Shown piece after piece: positions 1 through 14,203 of a stretch of DNA of 64,000 nt (position 1 is its first letter; every line of letters starts with the position of its first letter). The notes under the pieces were generated by a model. That model was not told where the DNA came from. It worked only from the letters and a program-made list of their open reading frames with translations, and did not search any database. Made by a program: the position numbers and the translations under genes. The stretch spans positions 806,001 to 870,000 of the forward strand of contig CDLV01000011.1 of the NCBI GenBank assembly GCA_001244265.2, in the 5' to 3' direction. This DNA comes from Microbotryum violaceum (lineage: Eukaryota).

Positions 1-563
1 GTTGTCGAGTCACCGTTCGAGGGGGTGGGCATATCCCATTCGTCAGAGGATGACGAAGGCTGCGCTGCTTGACGACTGGTGCGATTCTTGTTGGTGTTGC
101 GGCGGGCGTTGCTCCGATCATGGTGTTGCTCCAGATGATGACGGGAAGGCTGGGGTGCCGAGCGGGACAGGGGCGATGGTGAAGCCGAGTCGGACTCTCT
201 CGACGGCTGTTCGAGGTTGTAGTCATAGGTCGATACATCCTGTTGTGTCCCTTGCTGGGGTCGAATTCGTTGTGCTTTTGTCCTTGATCTTGTTCCAGCA
301 CTCGGAGGCCCCGTCGCGAGGGAGACGAACAAAGGCTCATCGTCGGTCGTCGTCATCTCATCCGCCGTGCTGGTCGCAGCTCTGGACCGAGGTGTAGCCT
401 TGTTGTTCTGCTTGGGGGAATCCGATGGGTGGTTGTTGTGTGGTTGGTGTCGGTGCTTGCGGGTTGTGTTGTGACGAGGCGAGCTGCGCGTCGGCGTCGA
501 GATGCTTGGCCGCGGGAGACTCGAGATATGGATCAGGCCTGGTGTTGAAGAGGCGCCTGGCAT
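1..563 (-). CDS. Partial hypothetical Ser/Pro/Gln-rich protein (5' part; runs off the window edge)
   Basis: ATG at 563 (MPGASSTPGLIHISSLPRP...) with an open frame to position 1; no recognisable domain. Confidence 0.5.
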   Translation of the reverse strand, partial: MPGASSTPGLIHISSLPRPSISTPTRSSPRHNTTRKHRHQPHNNHPSDSPKQNNKATPRSRAATSTADEMTTTDDEPLFVSLATGPPSAGTRSRTKAQRIRPQQGTQQDVSTYDYNLEQPSRESDSASPSPLSRSAPQPSRHHLEQHHDRSNARRNTNKNRTSRQAAQPSSSSDEWDMPTPSNGDST

Positions 564-973
564 CGTGCGAGAGTGTTAGAGTTGTCAGTATGGGAGCTGC
601 AATGGTGTATCGAGCGCGGTGATGGCTTCTCCGAGGCGCGGAGTAGCGCGTTCGTCGTCGAGTGGCAAACGCGAGCGATCGACTACAGCAGCCAGGAGGA
701 GGTAAGGCTCACCTATGGCACCTGGGCTTCTCAAAGCCATGAGGAAGAAGAGGGTAGAGGGTAGAGGGGAGGGGGAGGGGAAGATGTGGTGAAGCGTGTT
801 TGGTGGGTGTTCTGTGAATGATGTGATACGTAACCAGCCAAGCCGAAATCGGAACGGGCAGCCGACCGGCACGGTCTCAGCGCGGGCTTGATCATTTTCG
901 AAAATGAGAATACCACTCGCGTCATAGGTATGTTCACATCCATATGCTTCCTCTACACAAGACCGAGTTCAAA

Positions 974-1587
974 TTATTGCACCACCTTGCCGACAATGTT
1001 GTACCTCTGCTCGGGGATTTTTTAAAAAAGGCCGAGCCGAGTAATCAGCGATTTAACTCCGGCGAGCGTATACCAACACCAGCCCTAGACCGACCTTGGC
1101 AAAGTACTTGAACCAGTCATCCAACACCTTCATCTCCTCCTCGTTCAACTTGGAGTAATCCGGATCGGCATCCTCTATCTTGAGCGACGACTTGCCAAGT
1201 GCGCACGACGCGTCTTTACCCGTGAAGATCTGGTGCGCGAGACAGTGACACGATAAACAGATCGGTTCACGCAGAAATACACCCCTCAAGTATCAGGGTC
1301 ACCCACATGGTAGCCACACCCAGGGCCATACATGTCCTTTTTGGCCGAGACTGTGCGAACGCTCCTTGCCCCACATTAGCAAGCTTTTCCCGATGATCAT
1401 CTCCCTTCTTGCAGTCCCTAGATCAGAGTCACTGACCATCAAACACGGTCCCCTTGATCGCCACGTAGATCCCCTTATCGGCATGCGTACCATCGTACTG
1501 TTTCAACTCTTCAACGGTGATGGGGTCATCCTTGGGGGGATCGAGCTTGATGTCGTCGGTGGAAAAGGGCTTGACGGCGGCGGCCAT
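974..1587 (-). CDS. Cytochrome b5-like heme/steroid-binding protein (MAPR/Dap1 family), 4 exons
   Basis: Spliced translation MAAAVKPF...ITVEELKQYDG..IYVAIKGTVFDV..KKDMYGPGCGYHIFTGKDAS...LDDWFKYFAKRYNIVGKVVQ*; GT-AG introns. Confidence 0.9.
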
Positions 1588-2035
1588 CTTGGTTCCTGGG
1601 TCGACGTCAGAGAGGTCGGGGATCGGGGTAGGTTCGACGGGGAGGGTGATGTACCAGAAGAAGAGGCCGGAGAGGACCTGGGCGGAGTGGGGCAAGGGTG
1701 GCAACGACACGGTGGAGAGGAGAAACGGAGCGGGGATCAGAATACGAGGTCAGTGCATGGAAACACCAAGGGTCTAATATCATCAAGTTCACAAGACGTA
1801 CAACTATTTGAATAGCAACAAAGAGCTGATGGTCGACGAGCCAGGCGTTGAAGTTGTCGGCGAGGCGAGCGAGCGTGCGTTGCACGGGGTGGGACAAGTT
1901 CGACAAATTCTGGGTCACGGGTGAAGCTTGCTGCAGGAAGCTGCACAGGACGAAGAGACGATCTCAGTTCTGTTTCACCGGCCAGCAGAAAGCTCTCAGG
2001 CGCTGGACCGACCTTGACATTCACCAGGTCCAAGG

Positions 2036-2113
2036 ATGCGCTGAGAGTGGTGGCAACCAGAATGCGCTGAGATGCGCTGAGTGGTGGCAACCAGACCTCA
2101 GCGCCTCAGCGCC
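2036..2113. repeat. Short tandem/inverted array (GCGCTGAG / CTCAGCGC units plus duplicated AGTGGTGGCAACCAGA) in the divergent Dap1-SHO1 intergenic region
   Basis: Directly visible repeats. Confidence 0.7.
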
Positions 2114-2859
2114 ATCCAACGGGCATGACCTGGCCGAGCAGCACCGCCGAGCAGCCGACCGACCAACCGGCAACCAGCTGTGACAGCCAGCAATCATTTC
2201 TCCTCAAATTTCACAAGGGGATTTTCCGGTTTGCTGAGTAAGAAAAAGAGACTTAGTAAATTGCGGATGGCAGTCAACCATTATGCTCGAATTCATCGCA
2301 GCTACAAAGTGCTCAGTTCTTCGGCCCAGACTGTTGAAGCCAGAACCCGAGACAAGTCCGGAGCTCATCATTCCGGAATTCCCAGTTTGGGAAGTAAAGG
2401 CTGCGGCGCGCGCTTCCGAGAATCGCCTGTAATAGCAGTTTCGAATACGCAAGTCTCACTACTTACATCGTCGCGAATCCCAACGTCTGGGGTTGATGGG
2501 CTTCCCACTTTGCTTTTGACCCATCAATCCATCCCATCCACTTGACATCTGGTCCCACCCGCTAATTTGTGCCCACCTTGTCGCTCGTTTCTTCACATCA
2601 ACCCCCGCCACTTTGGAATTCTTGCCCTCCCGCTATCTTGTGCTCGAACAGCCAGGTCCAGACCGCCGCCCGCGGACCCTGCCAGCCTTCCGCTGCCCAC
2701 CACCGGCACCTACCCACAGCGCCCGTCGTCAACAGCCCGCCGCAGCCCGCCGCCCGCGCGCGAGAGAGCCGTTCTCTAGCCAAACCACTCAACTGGCGTG
2801 TTGCTCCTTCGTTTCAACTGCATCGTCCTTCGCCGGTCGAATCTCAAACAGCCCGTGAC

Positions 2860-4570
2860 ATGGTTCGATCAAGTCCCATCCGAGGGTTGTACGTGCTGGA
2901 CAGCCGCTTGCTGCTGAGGTGGTTGCGAGACTGACCCCCCTGACTTGACCTGGGCTCACACCTGCCTGATCGGCGACCGCGCCCGACTAGGCTCGGGCAA
3001 CCGCTGTTCCTCTGCACTTTGTTCATCTCGATCGCCGCTTTCTTTTCAGCCTTTGTCGGACGTGAGTTACTTTTCTGCTGCTCCCCGTGACGCATGTAGT
3101 CTGACACCATCACTCTTAACGTTTGCAGAGGTCATTCTCGAAAAGAAATGTAGGCCTTGAAATTCTATTCTTCGACCGGAGAGCTCTGGCCGCTCCGTAT
3201 TCCGCTCAGGGCACCGCGGCGCGCGGATCACACATGCTTACGTGCTTGGCCGCTAACTCGCTCGCATTTTTGCCTCCTTTGCGCAGATCAAGCTCAGAAT
3301 GGTCAAGGGTCGGCGTGTGGTGTAGCTTGGTTCGGTGAGTCTTGAGGCCACATCGTTTGAGGCAGGGTTGGGTGTTGCTAGCTGCGAACGCTCCCTCAAA
3401 TTGACTTTCCCAAAACATATTGGTGCGGTTCTCGAGTTGCAATGTGTGACTGACCACATCCTCAACCTTGCGTTACGCCTCCATGTAGGTGTCTTCTTGG
3501 AACTCGCCATCATTGTCTCCATTTTCGTCACACTTGCTTCCGACTCGGTCGAACGAAATAGGGGCCAGGTACGTTTGGGCGCGCTCCGATAGAGGCCATA
3601 CTTTAAAATGCACCTGCTGATCGCTTACTCGTTTCCCACAGCTCTCGACGTTCCTCGCCATTGCAATCGTCTTTGGCGTCTTTGGCACCAACCTCGGCAT
3701 CTTCACCGCCACCTCGTTCCAACGAGCGATCGGAGCAGGATGGATCTTGCTCACCATGATCAACGTGAGCAGAAAACAACTTACCTTGCGAGTCTGCCTA
3801 CCCATGCTGAACGTTTCACGCTCGGCCTTGCCCTTGCCCAGATCGTCTGGCTCTTGTACTTCTCCGCCGAAGAAGGCTCGGTCTTCTTGCGTATCTTCGA
3901 CTCGACCTCGCGCACGCTTAACTCTCGCGGTTCGAACCCAGCCCACCGAAGCAACTCGATCGCTCAACGTTCCGTCGGTGGAAACACCAGCAGCCACCAA
4001 ACCCCCGCTACGGTGAACGGCGGTGGGGCGTCCTTCGTCTACGGTGGCAATTCACCCATTGGTAACATGAGCAACGCCAACTTGTCGCACCATGGTCAAG
4101 CTGAGGAAGGCGGAGCCGGTGGATCGAGGATTGGTGGTGGGTCGCTTTCGGTTAATGGACCGGGTATGCATAGTGCTGCGACACCTAGTCTTGGGGGAGC
4201 ACCGAGTTTATTGGATGGTCAGAGCGTCGATTTTGCTCAGAAGGCTAGGGCGCTTTACTCCTGTACGTTCTCCACGCTCTTTCGCTTTGGGTGCATACGA
4301 CTCACTCGAGTTGGTCCATCTCCCTCTAAAATAGACACGGCCTCGCCGGACGACCCGAACGAATTGTCCTTCACCAAGGGCGAGATCTTGGACATCACCG
4401 ACACGAGTGGCAAGTGGTGGCAGGCGCGCAAGGTCGACGGACAAGGCCCCAAACTGGTCGGAATTGTGCCTTCCAACTACCTTGGTGAGTCGGTCAGATC
4501 TTGAGTTCAGACTTTTTTCATGCAGACCCTGATCGGTATCTGCACTTTCGTTCTCACAGCTCTCGTTTGA
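2860..4570 (+). CDS. SHO1: High-osmolarity signalling protein Sho1 (TM helices + C-terminal SH3), multi-exon
   Basis: TM segments [39 protein letters not shown]3 [42 protein letters not shown]; start codon less certain. Confidence 0.9.
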
Positions 4571-5051
4571 CACCCTCTTCAACCGGCCTCAAGGTTCACA
4601 TTCGCCTTGGCCCCCCATTCTGTCGCGCTTAATCCATCCACTCAACGGGAATCTCCGACCCCTTCGGGTCCTTTCTCTTGTATCCAGCTGAACTTCAATA
4701 GCTATCTCACCTGGACGCCAATCTCATCAAGGTCTGCATTCGTGTGTCTTTGTTCGCTCCAGCCTTTTCTCGTCTTGATTCTTTCTTTTGCTTGGTGGTG
4801 GTTTTGTGTGTTATCGCTTTCGATTTAAGTATGCAATATTATCATGTTCCTTTCGATATGTATATGTGCGCTGTTCTGGGAGGGATGTGGGAGGTTTGAG
4901 GAAGAGCGCGCTCTCTCGCTCTCGAGACAAGCTTGAAAGAGTCAATTGGTCGGGAATGAGCTAAGGCTACATGTATTTGAAGCTTTTGAAGGGGATCCTA
5001 AATATGGCTACAAGGATGAATTGCTAAATAAACACGAACCTCTTCCAGACC

Positions 5052-7731
5052 TCAGCTCAGGGCATAGAGGATAACCTCCGGACCCACCCCCTTAAACCTC
5101 TTCGCACCCTCAACTGCACCCTCATCCTCCCCTTCTTCTTCTCCACCATTCGCGCTTCTCGGAGACCCCGAAGAAGCAGGTTTGATCCTCGCCTCGACTT
5201 GACTCGCACTACTGAACCTCCTACCCTCACCTGAAATCGCCAAACTGCCTCTCGCATTGGTGTTGCCTAATAACTCCTTCCATTCCGCCAAAGGTTCCAG
5301 ATCGAATTCATTCTCCAACAACTCGATACTCTCCCTCTTGAGTTGCGCGCGAGCGGGATGGAGGAACAGGTGGTGGGCTGGTACGGAAATGGGTGTTATG
5401 GAGGTGAGGTTCATGTAGGCGTTGTAGAGGAGGGAGGTGTGGGCGATGGCAACAACAGCGAGGTATATCCAGGGAAATAGGAAGAGGGAGATTTCGATTC
5501 TGAGATGGCGGGGGAGATGAATCGTGTTAGTGTTGGTACGTATAACTAAGATTGATGGTGCAATGCATACCTGATGGCGGATCGATAGATGCTAGATGGG
5601 GTGATGGCCGTCCACAGCGCCACACAGAAGAGCACGATAGCGAGTGATACGATCGCGGCGATGAACTGCAAGAGGTAGGTTCGTGGAACAAATCAGTAAA
5701 TTGTTTTGATTTTTCAGAGAATGTTCTCAAAGGGTGTCACTCACCACGCTGAGATCCCACTCAACCCTCTTAAGCGCAAGCAACTGCCTAGCCCACTCGC
5801 GCTGCGCAGCACCGTCCGGCTCCGTCTTCTCCACCTCGGCCCTCAACCTCGCCGTCGTCGCCATCTTCATCGCCTCTTCCTCCTGCGCATTCTCGGATTG
5901 TTTCGCCTCGGGATCATTTTCCGTTTCTTCTTCGTTTGGAGCGAGGGCGAAGATGACTTTATGGAAGAGGCTTTGGCGGCGCTCAAAACCGGGTCGAAGA
6001 GTCGAGGCCGAGCAGTTGCTCAACGCCGAGTCGCGACGGGACTCTGATAACATCGATCGTGAGGAGGGTTCCAAATGGGACGGGAAGAGCGGGTCGACGT
6101 TCGAGTCTCGACGGGGAGTGAGGGGTGGCGATTGGGTGGTATTGTCCCTCGAGAAGGGGTCAAAGTTGGAGAACTTTGAACTGAACGGCGAGTCCATCGG
6201 TATGATAATGTGCGGAGGCGCATGCAATTCAGCCCATTTGCACAGAGGGTCCACACCCGAATCTCGACGCGCGAATTGGGCGCTGATGCTGTTCGCGGCC
6301 GTCGTTCCACTGAGCTTGGAAAGATCACTGCCTCCGGTCGTGCGACTGTAGCTCGTCGTCTGCGTGTTCTTGGACCCGCCACTCGCACTTGACATCTTCC
6401 GATTCTGGTGAGGGTAACACAGGTTGACCTCTTTCGTTGGGGTCCGAGCTAAAAACTCTTGTGACTGAGATTCACCGTCCTTTTTTGCTTCGCCGGCAAA
6501 CTTGACCGAGTTGTACCGGATTTGTCGTCGCAGAATCAAGAGCAACGAAAGGCCCGCGAGATTGATGAAGATACAGCATACTGCGTCAAGGATATAACCA
6601 CAGCATACAGCTCGTTCCGTTCGCTCAAACGTTCGGATCTTAGACAGGATCGAGGTCGTTCGAGCGACGAGGGAGGCGGAGGTGATTATTGAGTCGGTGC
6701 CTGTAGTCGTGAGCAGTGAACGTAATGCCTCGGACTGGATCCATGCCTGGGACCAAGCTCGGGCGATGAAGATATCGAGTGTCTAGTAAGGAATGAGAGT
6801 ACACATGAGTCTTCATGATCACGTAGATGATCATCGAAGGTGGGAAAGCTAACAAGTGCGGCCGACAGTATGACCACAATTCCGACGACGTAGACGAGAT
6901 TGACCAGCCGAGGCGACAAAACCTGCTTGTTGAGTGCTCGCTCCGATACCAAGACACTCGCTTGCAAGATCGAGAACGAAGAAACCCACCCGTGGACGAG
7001 GATGGGAATGTAGACCAGGTTCCGCCAGTAGAATGCTTCGGCCATGCCGCGATGCAGGATCAAGGCTCTCCGGGAGCTCTCTGCAAACCCTATGAGGACG
7101 AAGCAGCTGATGATACTGAACGTGGTGAACACGACGTGTTGACTGTGGAGCGAAATGAATCGATTCAGCGAAATTCTCGTGTGCAAAGCTGGGAAAGCGC
7201 CTGTCACACGTCCCCTGACAGCACTGCAACCTCCTATCGCCTGCTCGTGCTCCCAAGTAAAACTTACTTGCCGACGATGTACCGCCCCTTGGGGCGATGT
7301 ACGAATCGAAATATCCAAATCTGTTTGGCTCGTCGTTGATAGTCGAGAAAGGTGATGATGAGAAAGGCGAGACCCGATAGCACACCACTGTTTGGGACCG
7401 GTAGCGAGGGGAGGCTCATGAGTTTCCACGAAAACTCGATCCGCACCGCCGAGCCCAACCGCGATCGGCCTGCTCAGCTGGGCCTAGCGAAGAGCCTTCG
7501 CGACGAACTTCAGAAGCACTGATCTGACTTGATGAGGATAAACTGAGAGACGAACACGTACTATACCATCAACCCAAACAAGACATAGAAGCGCACGGAT
7601 GCGCCTCGCGGTACGGTGAGCTGTAGCACGTGATTGAGCTCGCTCGCGATCGCGATTCTATAGACCTCGGAGACCGCAGACGGCGGATCGAGCGAAGACC
7701 AGGGCGGCAGCGGGAAGTTGAGCAATCCCAT
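5052..7731 (-). CDS. Uncharacterised multi-pass (about 7 TM) membrane protein, multi-exon
   Basis: ATG 7731 (MGLLNFPLPPW); several hydrophobic exons (e.g. FIAAIVSLAIVLFCVALW, IEISLFLFPWIYLAVVAIAH); long hydrophilic loop 5745-6530; GT-AG introns. Confidence 0.7.
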
Positions 7732-9711
7732 CGTGATGCATCGACGGGCACTGGTAGTCCTCTCACACGGGTATAGAACCGAAGAGATTCGAGAGGTGGG
7801 CGAGGTGGTGGTTGTGGAGCAGTAGGATGGAAAGGCTGGAAACGAGTCGAATATGGATATCAACGCGTCGAACGCCGCAGGTAGCCGCTAGCGCAGATGC
7901 CAATTAGCCATACGAATCGCGACTCGCTAGTCATTGGAGCGCTCGCTTAATAATTACATGTCCTTTCGAACCTGATCTCTGCACATTGAATTTAAGGACT
8001 AATACAGGTTTTTCCTGCTTCGTTAATAAACCAATACCCCTTTTAGGCCTGTTACCAAGACCCTAAGGGAGTTGCTAGTCGATGTAAGTCTCGACGGAAT
8101 CGGGCGCGAAGGTTTTCCCGGAGCCGAGCTTTCGTCCGACCCGCAGGTTTCTAGGCGCACAGACACGGGGCTGCACAATCAAGTTACCCAGGCTTTTAGA
8201 TTTGGAGAGCACGGATCGGATAAGAGGGCTGCTCCCAAGATCCAAGATCATTATGGATCTAGGGCAATGAAGACAGACGCCGGTTCTCATCCGGCCTCGG
8301 CTGACGAGCCTTTATTGAATCCAGGCACACACACAAGGGCTAATCGTGCCGGACAGCCCGGCGCGGCGAGTAAGACGACCGCCGCGACCGATGGCACCGA
8401 TGGGCCCGATCAAAGTAAAGCTTGCCATTACGGCGGCGGGGCTCTCCCAGGTTCCTGGAAGAGAACCCGATTCTGGTTCCGAGCAACCCCAGTCCAAGGG
8501 AGCCGGGCTTTCGCAAGGTTTCCAAATGATGGTAGCTTCTACTAGTAGGCTGATTCTTGCCTCATGACCTTTACGCTGACCTTCCTGCTCAGAGATTCGG
8601 TGCTTTACAGGCTAGACGGGGCATCAACTCCTCATAAAACAGGGTCACTAGAGAAGCTTCATGTGATTGAAAAGCAGGCATCAAGGTCCAAAGCCATTCT
8701 TGCAAGCCAGATCAGAGTCACCGGCGGCAATTTGAGTTCGCGCCGATAGTTCCTCCGATTTACGGAGTAGTCGCCAGTTTCGGAAGAATCTGACAACCTA
8801 TCCAAGCCAGTCGAACAGCCAAAGAGCACCGAACGCCTCTATCTCTTCTAGAACTTCTTCCAGCCAATCGTTTCCTCACCTACCCGAAGACCTAGTCTCG
8901 AGAAGGCTTCCTTCCCCGCGACGCGACCCTGCAAGAACCTATAGCGTGTTCGGCTGGAAAAGCACTTTTAGGACTTTTTCACTTTTAGACTTTCTCTTGG
9001 GGTGGGGCGGAGCTTCGGCATGTCGCGACCAAGCCCCTTTGGGCTGTTTGGCCGAAGGCGGTGCACGGCGACGATCTTTACTACGAGCTTAGAGGAGAAA
9101 TGTTCCTCCCGGCTGACTCCTTGGAGAACGATACAAGCGTTTTATAAACGCTTTAGTATGTCACCGAAAAAGGTTCACGACTTATCACAGGCACCTAGGC
9201 GATTCAAGCCAAAGCTTGGTTCGGCTACTAGCTCGTGGGTGGGGGCGAGCGTGGCGAGCGAAGGGGCTTCCCACACCAAAATGTACATTTCATTCCGACT
9301 TTCTGATTTCAAATATAGTCAAGGCGAGCGACTCACATTCGATTGTGGTTAAGTCTCTCAACTCACTCTCCTCTCACCCCAACTCGTGTAGCCAAACGAT
9401 GATCAGCGGCCACGGTCTAAATCTCAGATCACTGCAGCTCACCGATCATTGAAGTGATCAGAGGATTTGGAGCATCCGTATCGCTGAGACCCAAAGGAAA
9501 GGAGAGAACATAGGGTAAGCGCAAGAGAGGTATTGCGACACGAGATCCGTAAGGCGAAAAATTCCTGCTCATCTCGAGACGAGGGGGGGCGTGGAACGCG
9601 CTGAAGGACGAAAATAAGGGGCGTAGGATTACAAGTGAACGCGCCAGCGATCTGTAGTGAGAGAGCCAGGAGCACGGGAACGAACTGAGGACATAAGGAA
9701 GCGTGAAGAGA

Positions 9712-12700
9712 TCATACCACGCTGTATCGCCCAGGGGCATTGGTCCCCGCGGGAAGACGTTGTTCGGCCTCGAGTGCCAAGGTCGCGCCTTCGATGAGGG
9801 CTCGTTTGATTTCGGTGATAGCTGCCTTGACCTTGAGTAGCGAAAAGGGTATCAAAATCGTCAGCATGATATTCGTTCTAGTGACGACAGTGGCTTGGCA
9901 CTCACTCTGTGTTCGTCGTTCGACTCGATGAGGAAATGCAACTTGGGCAGATCGCCGGGTCCAGGTTCTTTGCCGGGCTCGTAGTAGGTTCCTTTGTTCG
10001 TAATGGACGCTCCGGTAGATTCGACGAGCTGATCAAGTACAACAAAAATGGCGCTCATGTAAGCGAATGGTTTGTTTGTCGAGGTGGAGAGGCTCGCAGG
10101 CCTTCACACTCACATGGACCATGGTCTCCTTGTTTGTAACCTTCCATCGTGCCTTTTGAGGGTAGTCGTTGATGTAGATGATAGCCTGAAAGAGCAGCGA
10201 AGCAAGGTCAGTTCATCGTTCTTCTCTTTTAACCATCACCTGATCCGACTTCAAAACTCACGTGGTAATCTGTTGCGTCAGGATCCCTTCTCCTCGCCGC
10301 ATCGGTTGACAGATCCGCTTCCTGCGGTTCCCTCTCCCTCCTATGCGTCTTCCTCGCCTTCAACAACGCATTGAAGTTCGCCGCCACACCCGCCGCCTTA
10401 GCCTCCGCTTCGGTCTTGCCCGCCGCCCTAGCAGCTGCCTCGGCGACTCTTGCTGCTTCAGCGGCAATTTCGGTCGGTTCCAACTCGACAACGGCTTCTT
10501 TCTTTTCGGCAGGCCTGGCCCCCGTCATCTTGTTCGTGTCCGGTGCCGGCCCACGATGGATCTCGACCTCCAAATCAGCTACGTTTTGCGCCGTCGACTT
10601 GAGTTCGTCCCCAGCGGCATTCGTAGTTCCCGACGTCGACGAAGTCGTCGCGACGCCCGTCTCAGGATCGATCGTTTCCTTCTCCTTCTCGGCCCCCGGT
10701 TCACCATGTGCAGCACGTTGAGCCCTCATTTGTTCATCGCGTTCGGATTCAAGTCGTTCAAGACCTTTTCCACCGAAGCCTGATCCAGCCGATGCTTTAC
10801 CCGCCTTGACCTTGTCTGCGAATTGTTCTGCCAAAGCCTTGACCTCGTCCGAAATAGGAGCGTTCGAAGCTTGTAAAGCCTTGAAGATGTCGAGCGCGTA
10901 TCGATCCTGTTCGGGCGTGAGGAACGTCACGCTCGTTCCTTTGTTCCCCGCTCGACCCGTCCGACCAGCGCGATGCACGTAATCCTCCATATGGTTCGGC
11001 GCATCGTACTGAATGACCATGCGTAGTTGTTTGACGTCCAACCCTCTCGCAGCAACAGAAGTCGCGATGACGACGGGTACGATGCCCGATTTGAAATCAG
11101 CGATCGTCTGATCGCGATCGACCTGGTCCATCCCGCCGTGCAAACTCATGCACGAGTAATTCTTGCGCAACAACTCGGTCAACAACTTGTCCGCACTCTC
11201 TTGGCGTTCGACGAAGATCAAGGCACGGGAATCGCTATCGTCGTTGAAAAGGTTGCCGAGTAATTCGAGCATGCGGTTGAACTTGGTGTCTTCCTCTCGT
11301 ACTTCGACGATCTGTTCAATCTCGGCCGCGACGACAGAGCGACCACCCACGGTTATTTCCAAAGGGCGTTTGAGGATCTTGCGTGCCAGAGCTTCCATCT
11401 GCCTCGGGAACGTGGCGGAGAATAAGACCGTTTGTCGATCGGGTCGAATCTGCGAAATGATCTTCATCACTTGCGGTTCGAACCCCATATCGAACATGCG
11501 ATCGGCTTCATCCAGAACGAGGTACGTTACGCGGTGCAGGTTGATCAGTTTGCCCGAATTGGTCGTCAAGAGTTCGATCATGCGTCCCGGGGTGCAAACG
11601 ATCAACTCGGAACCTCGCTTCATGTCCGCGATGTTGTCCTTGAGCGGTGTACCGCCGTAAGCGCACGATGCTCGCAGTCCTAGGGCCTTCAGGAAGGGCT
11701 TGCATTCCTTGTGGATCTGCGTTGCCAGCTCCCGCGTCGGGGTCATGATCATCGCGATGGGGCCTTCCATCGTTCGGAGAGGTCGTTGATCCTTGATGTG
11801 GCGAAACATGGGCAGGAGGAAAGCGATCGTCTTGCCCGAGCCCGTCTTGGCGACACCGATGATATCTCGACCCGACATGATGGCCGGGATCGCCTGCGCC
11901 TGAATCGACGTCGGGGCCGTGTACTCGAGCCCCTTGATGACGTCGATGCACGCCGCGGGAAGACCGCAGTAGCTCCATTTGGAGACGGGTTTGGGAGGGT
12001 CGGCACCTCGAATCTTGATGTCGTCGAGCTCGAGGCGGAGTTCATCGACTTCCTCGGGGGTGAGGGAGGCGACTTCGGGAGGCTCGTGGTAAAAGACTTT
12101 GGTGAAGGGTTCGTAATTGACCTTGGCGTGGTCAACGGGGGCGAGTTCACGGCCCTTTTTGACCTTTTTGGCAGCCAAACTATGTCAAGGATTGGCCATC
12201 AGTGCGGGTTCTATCAATCACTGTGACCTCGATCGCACGAAAGACTCACGCAAGGATATCCGCCGCCGACATGCCAACCTTTTCCGCCTCATCATCCTCG
12301 ATGACCTGCTCATTATCATCGTCGTCCTCATCCTCATTCTCGCCCGGTCCACTCCCTCTTGGCCCACTCGCGCCCTTCAACTTGGCCCGATCAAGTTTGT
12401 CGACGCTCTTGACCTCGGCCTGGACACCATTCATGAACGCGTCCAGTTCATCAACTTCTTCCTCTTCCTCGGCTTCGAGCTTTGGCTCTCCAGCCTGATC
12501 CATCTTACCCTCCTCCTCCTTGACGTTTTTGGACTCCCCCTCCCCGGCTTCCCCGTCCACATGGATGCCATCACCGTTCTTCTCCTCCAATTCCAACTCT
12601 TTGGCCCTCCTCCTCATCGCCTCCTCGACCTTTCCTTTGAATACGACACTCCCTTCCAGATCCTCATCATCATCCAAGTCCTCCTCCCCACTATCCTGAA

Positions 12701-13588
12701 ACGAAAGATCGACCTCGCCTTCGAATTTGATCAAGCCAATTTTCTTCTCCCCATCATCGTCTTCGCCTAGTTTGAGCGAGTTCTTCAATCCGCTAGGACG
12801 GAAGGAGGACGAGGAGGCGTTGCTGTTGAAGGCAAAGGCGGGTCGAGCGGGTAAGGAGGCTGAGATGGGGTTCTTGAGGGAGGGTGGAGCGACGTTGAGA
12901 CGGGACGAGATGGCGGCTGCTGCTACGAGAGCGAGTTGAGCTGGGTCGGCCACGGGGGAAGCGGCAGGCTTGGCGGGGAGGCCTGCGGACAAAACGACTC
13001 GGTCTGAGTATGCGATACAAAGCCTCGTGAGGAAGGCAGATAGACTGACCATTCTTGGCTGCCGCACCATTGATCGAAATGGACGTCGAGCCCACACCCG
13101 AACCAGATGCAGTGGTTGCAGAGGTGGGGGACGCGCCACCCTGCTCGGCGGCCTTCTTGGCCTTCCACGCTGCCAGTCGTTCTTGCTTGAGCCTCTGCTT
13201 CTCCTGTTCTGCTGCGGAAGCCGAGTTGGTTTCAACAGTTGCGGCGGGACTGGCTGCGCCTGATCGGCCGTTCGAGGTCGAGATCGGGGTCGAGATCGGG
13301 GTCGAGCTGCGTGGTTCGGTCGTCGGGGAGAAGGCGCGACTCCTGGGCGAGGGCTGGGACGGTCTTGGAGGAGAGCGATCGTCGGATCTTCTTGAGGAGG
13401 GAGGTGCATCGTGTGGGTGCAAACCGGAGCTGATGCTGCCGTATCTTCCACCTCTGTCCCGGTCGTGGTCTCGGGGCCTCTCGTAGTCGTGACGGGGTGA
13501 TCGATGGTCATCGTTGTACCGTGACGACGAGGTGGGTGCATCCTTTCGATCATACCTCGAGGACGATGACGAGGATGTAGGGCGTCTA

Positions 13589-13621
<33 letters not shown>

Positions 13622-13920
13622 TTGTCGTTGTCCCTATCCCGATCATCCCGACGTCGATCCTCATCACGATGCCCTCCCCCGCTGCTCCGTCTGGACTCGG
13701 AGTCGCGGTTTCTGTCCCGATCACTACCTCGACGATCCCTTTCACGATCCCGGTCGCGATTGCGGTCTCGGTCGCGGTCTCGGTCATGACGACGATCAAC
13801 TAGATCGCGGGAGGAAGTACCGGATGCGCGTCTCGAGGTAGAGTAGTGCGAGTCGTCGTCGTATCGTCGTCGTTTCGAAGCGGACGAGGATGAGCCCGTC
13901 GGCGAAGGTGAGCGGGGCAT
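9712..13920 (-). CDS. PRP5: Pre-mRNA-processing DEAD-box RNA helicase Prp5/DDX46
   Basis: RD/RS-rich N-terminus; [25 protein letters not shown] and HRAGRTGR motifs; C-terminal [17 protein letters not shown]...KLHFLIES...GRYSVV*. Confidence 0.96.
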
Positions 13921-14203
13921 ACCAGCGGGTCAGACCGTGCTACAAAGCCTCGTAGGCGAGTAGCAGCCAGATGACTTGAGCGTGCGAGTACGAGAGGGAA
14001 TCAGCGGCGAGCGCGGGCGCGGTGGGGGGGGGGGATATACTAGTGTGCACGCGCGTGAGTTGGTGGAGTTCATAATGACGCAAATCCCTTCGTTTCTAAT
14101 GCGCAATTGCGCCGCGTGCCCCGCCGGCCTGCCTGCCCGAGCCAGCCTTCGCAAGCTCGAGCTCGACTTGGACTCTCGCTCCACCTCGACCTCGACCTTA
14201 GAA

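Noticed and set aside
13590..13790. (CCCTGT)n-type hexamer repeats
   Set aside because: They simply encode the RD dipeptide region of Prp5
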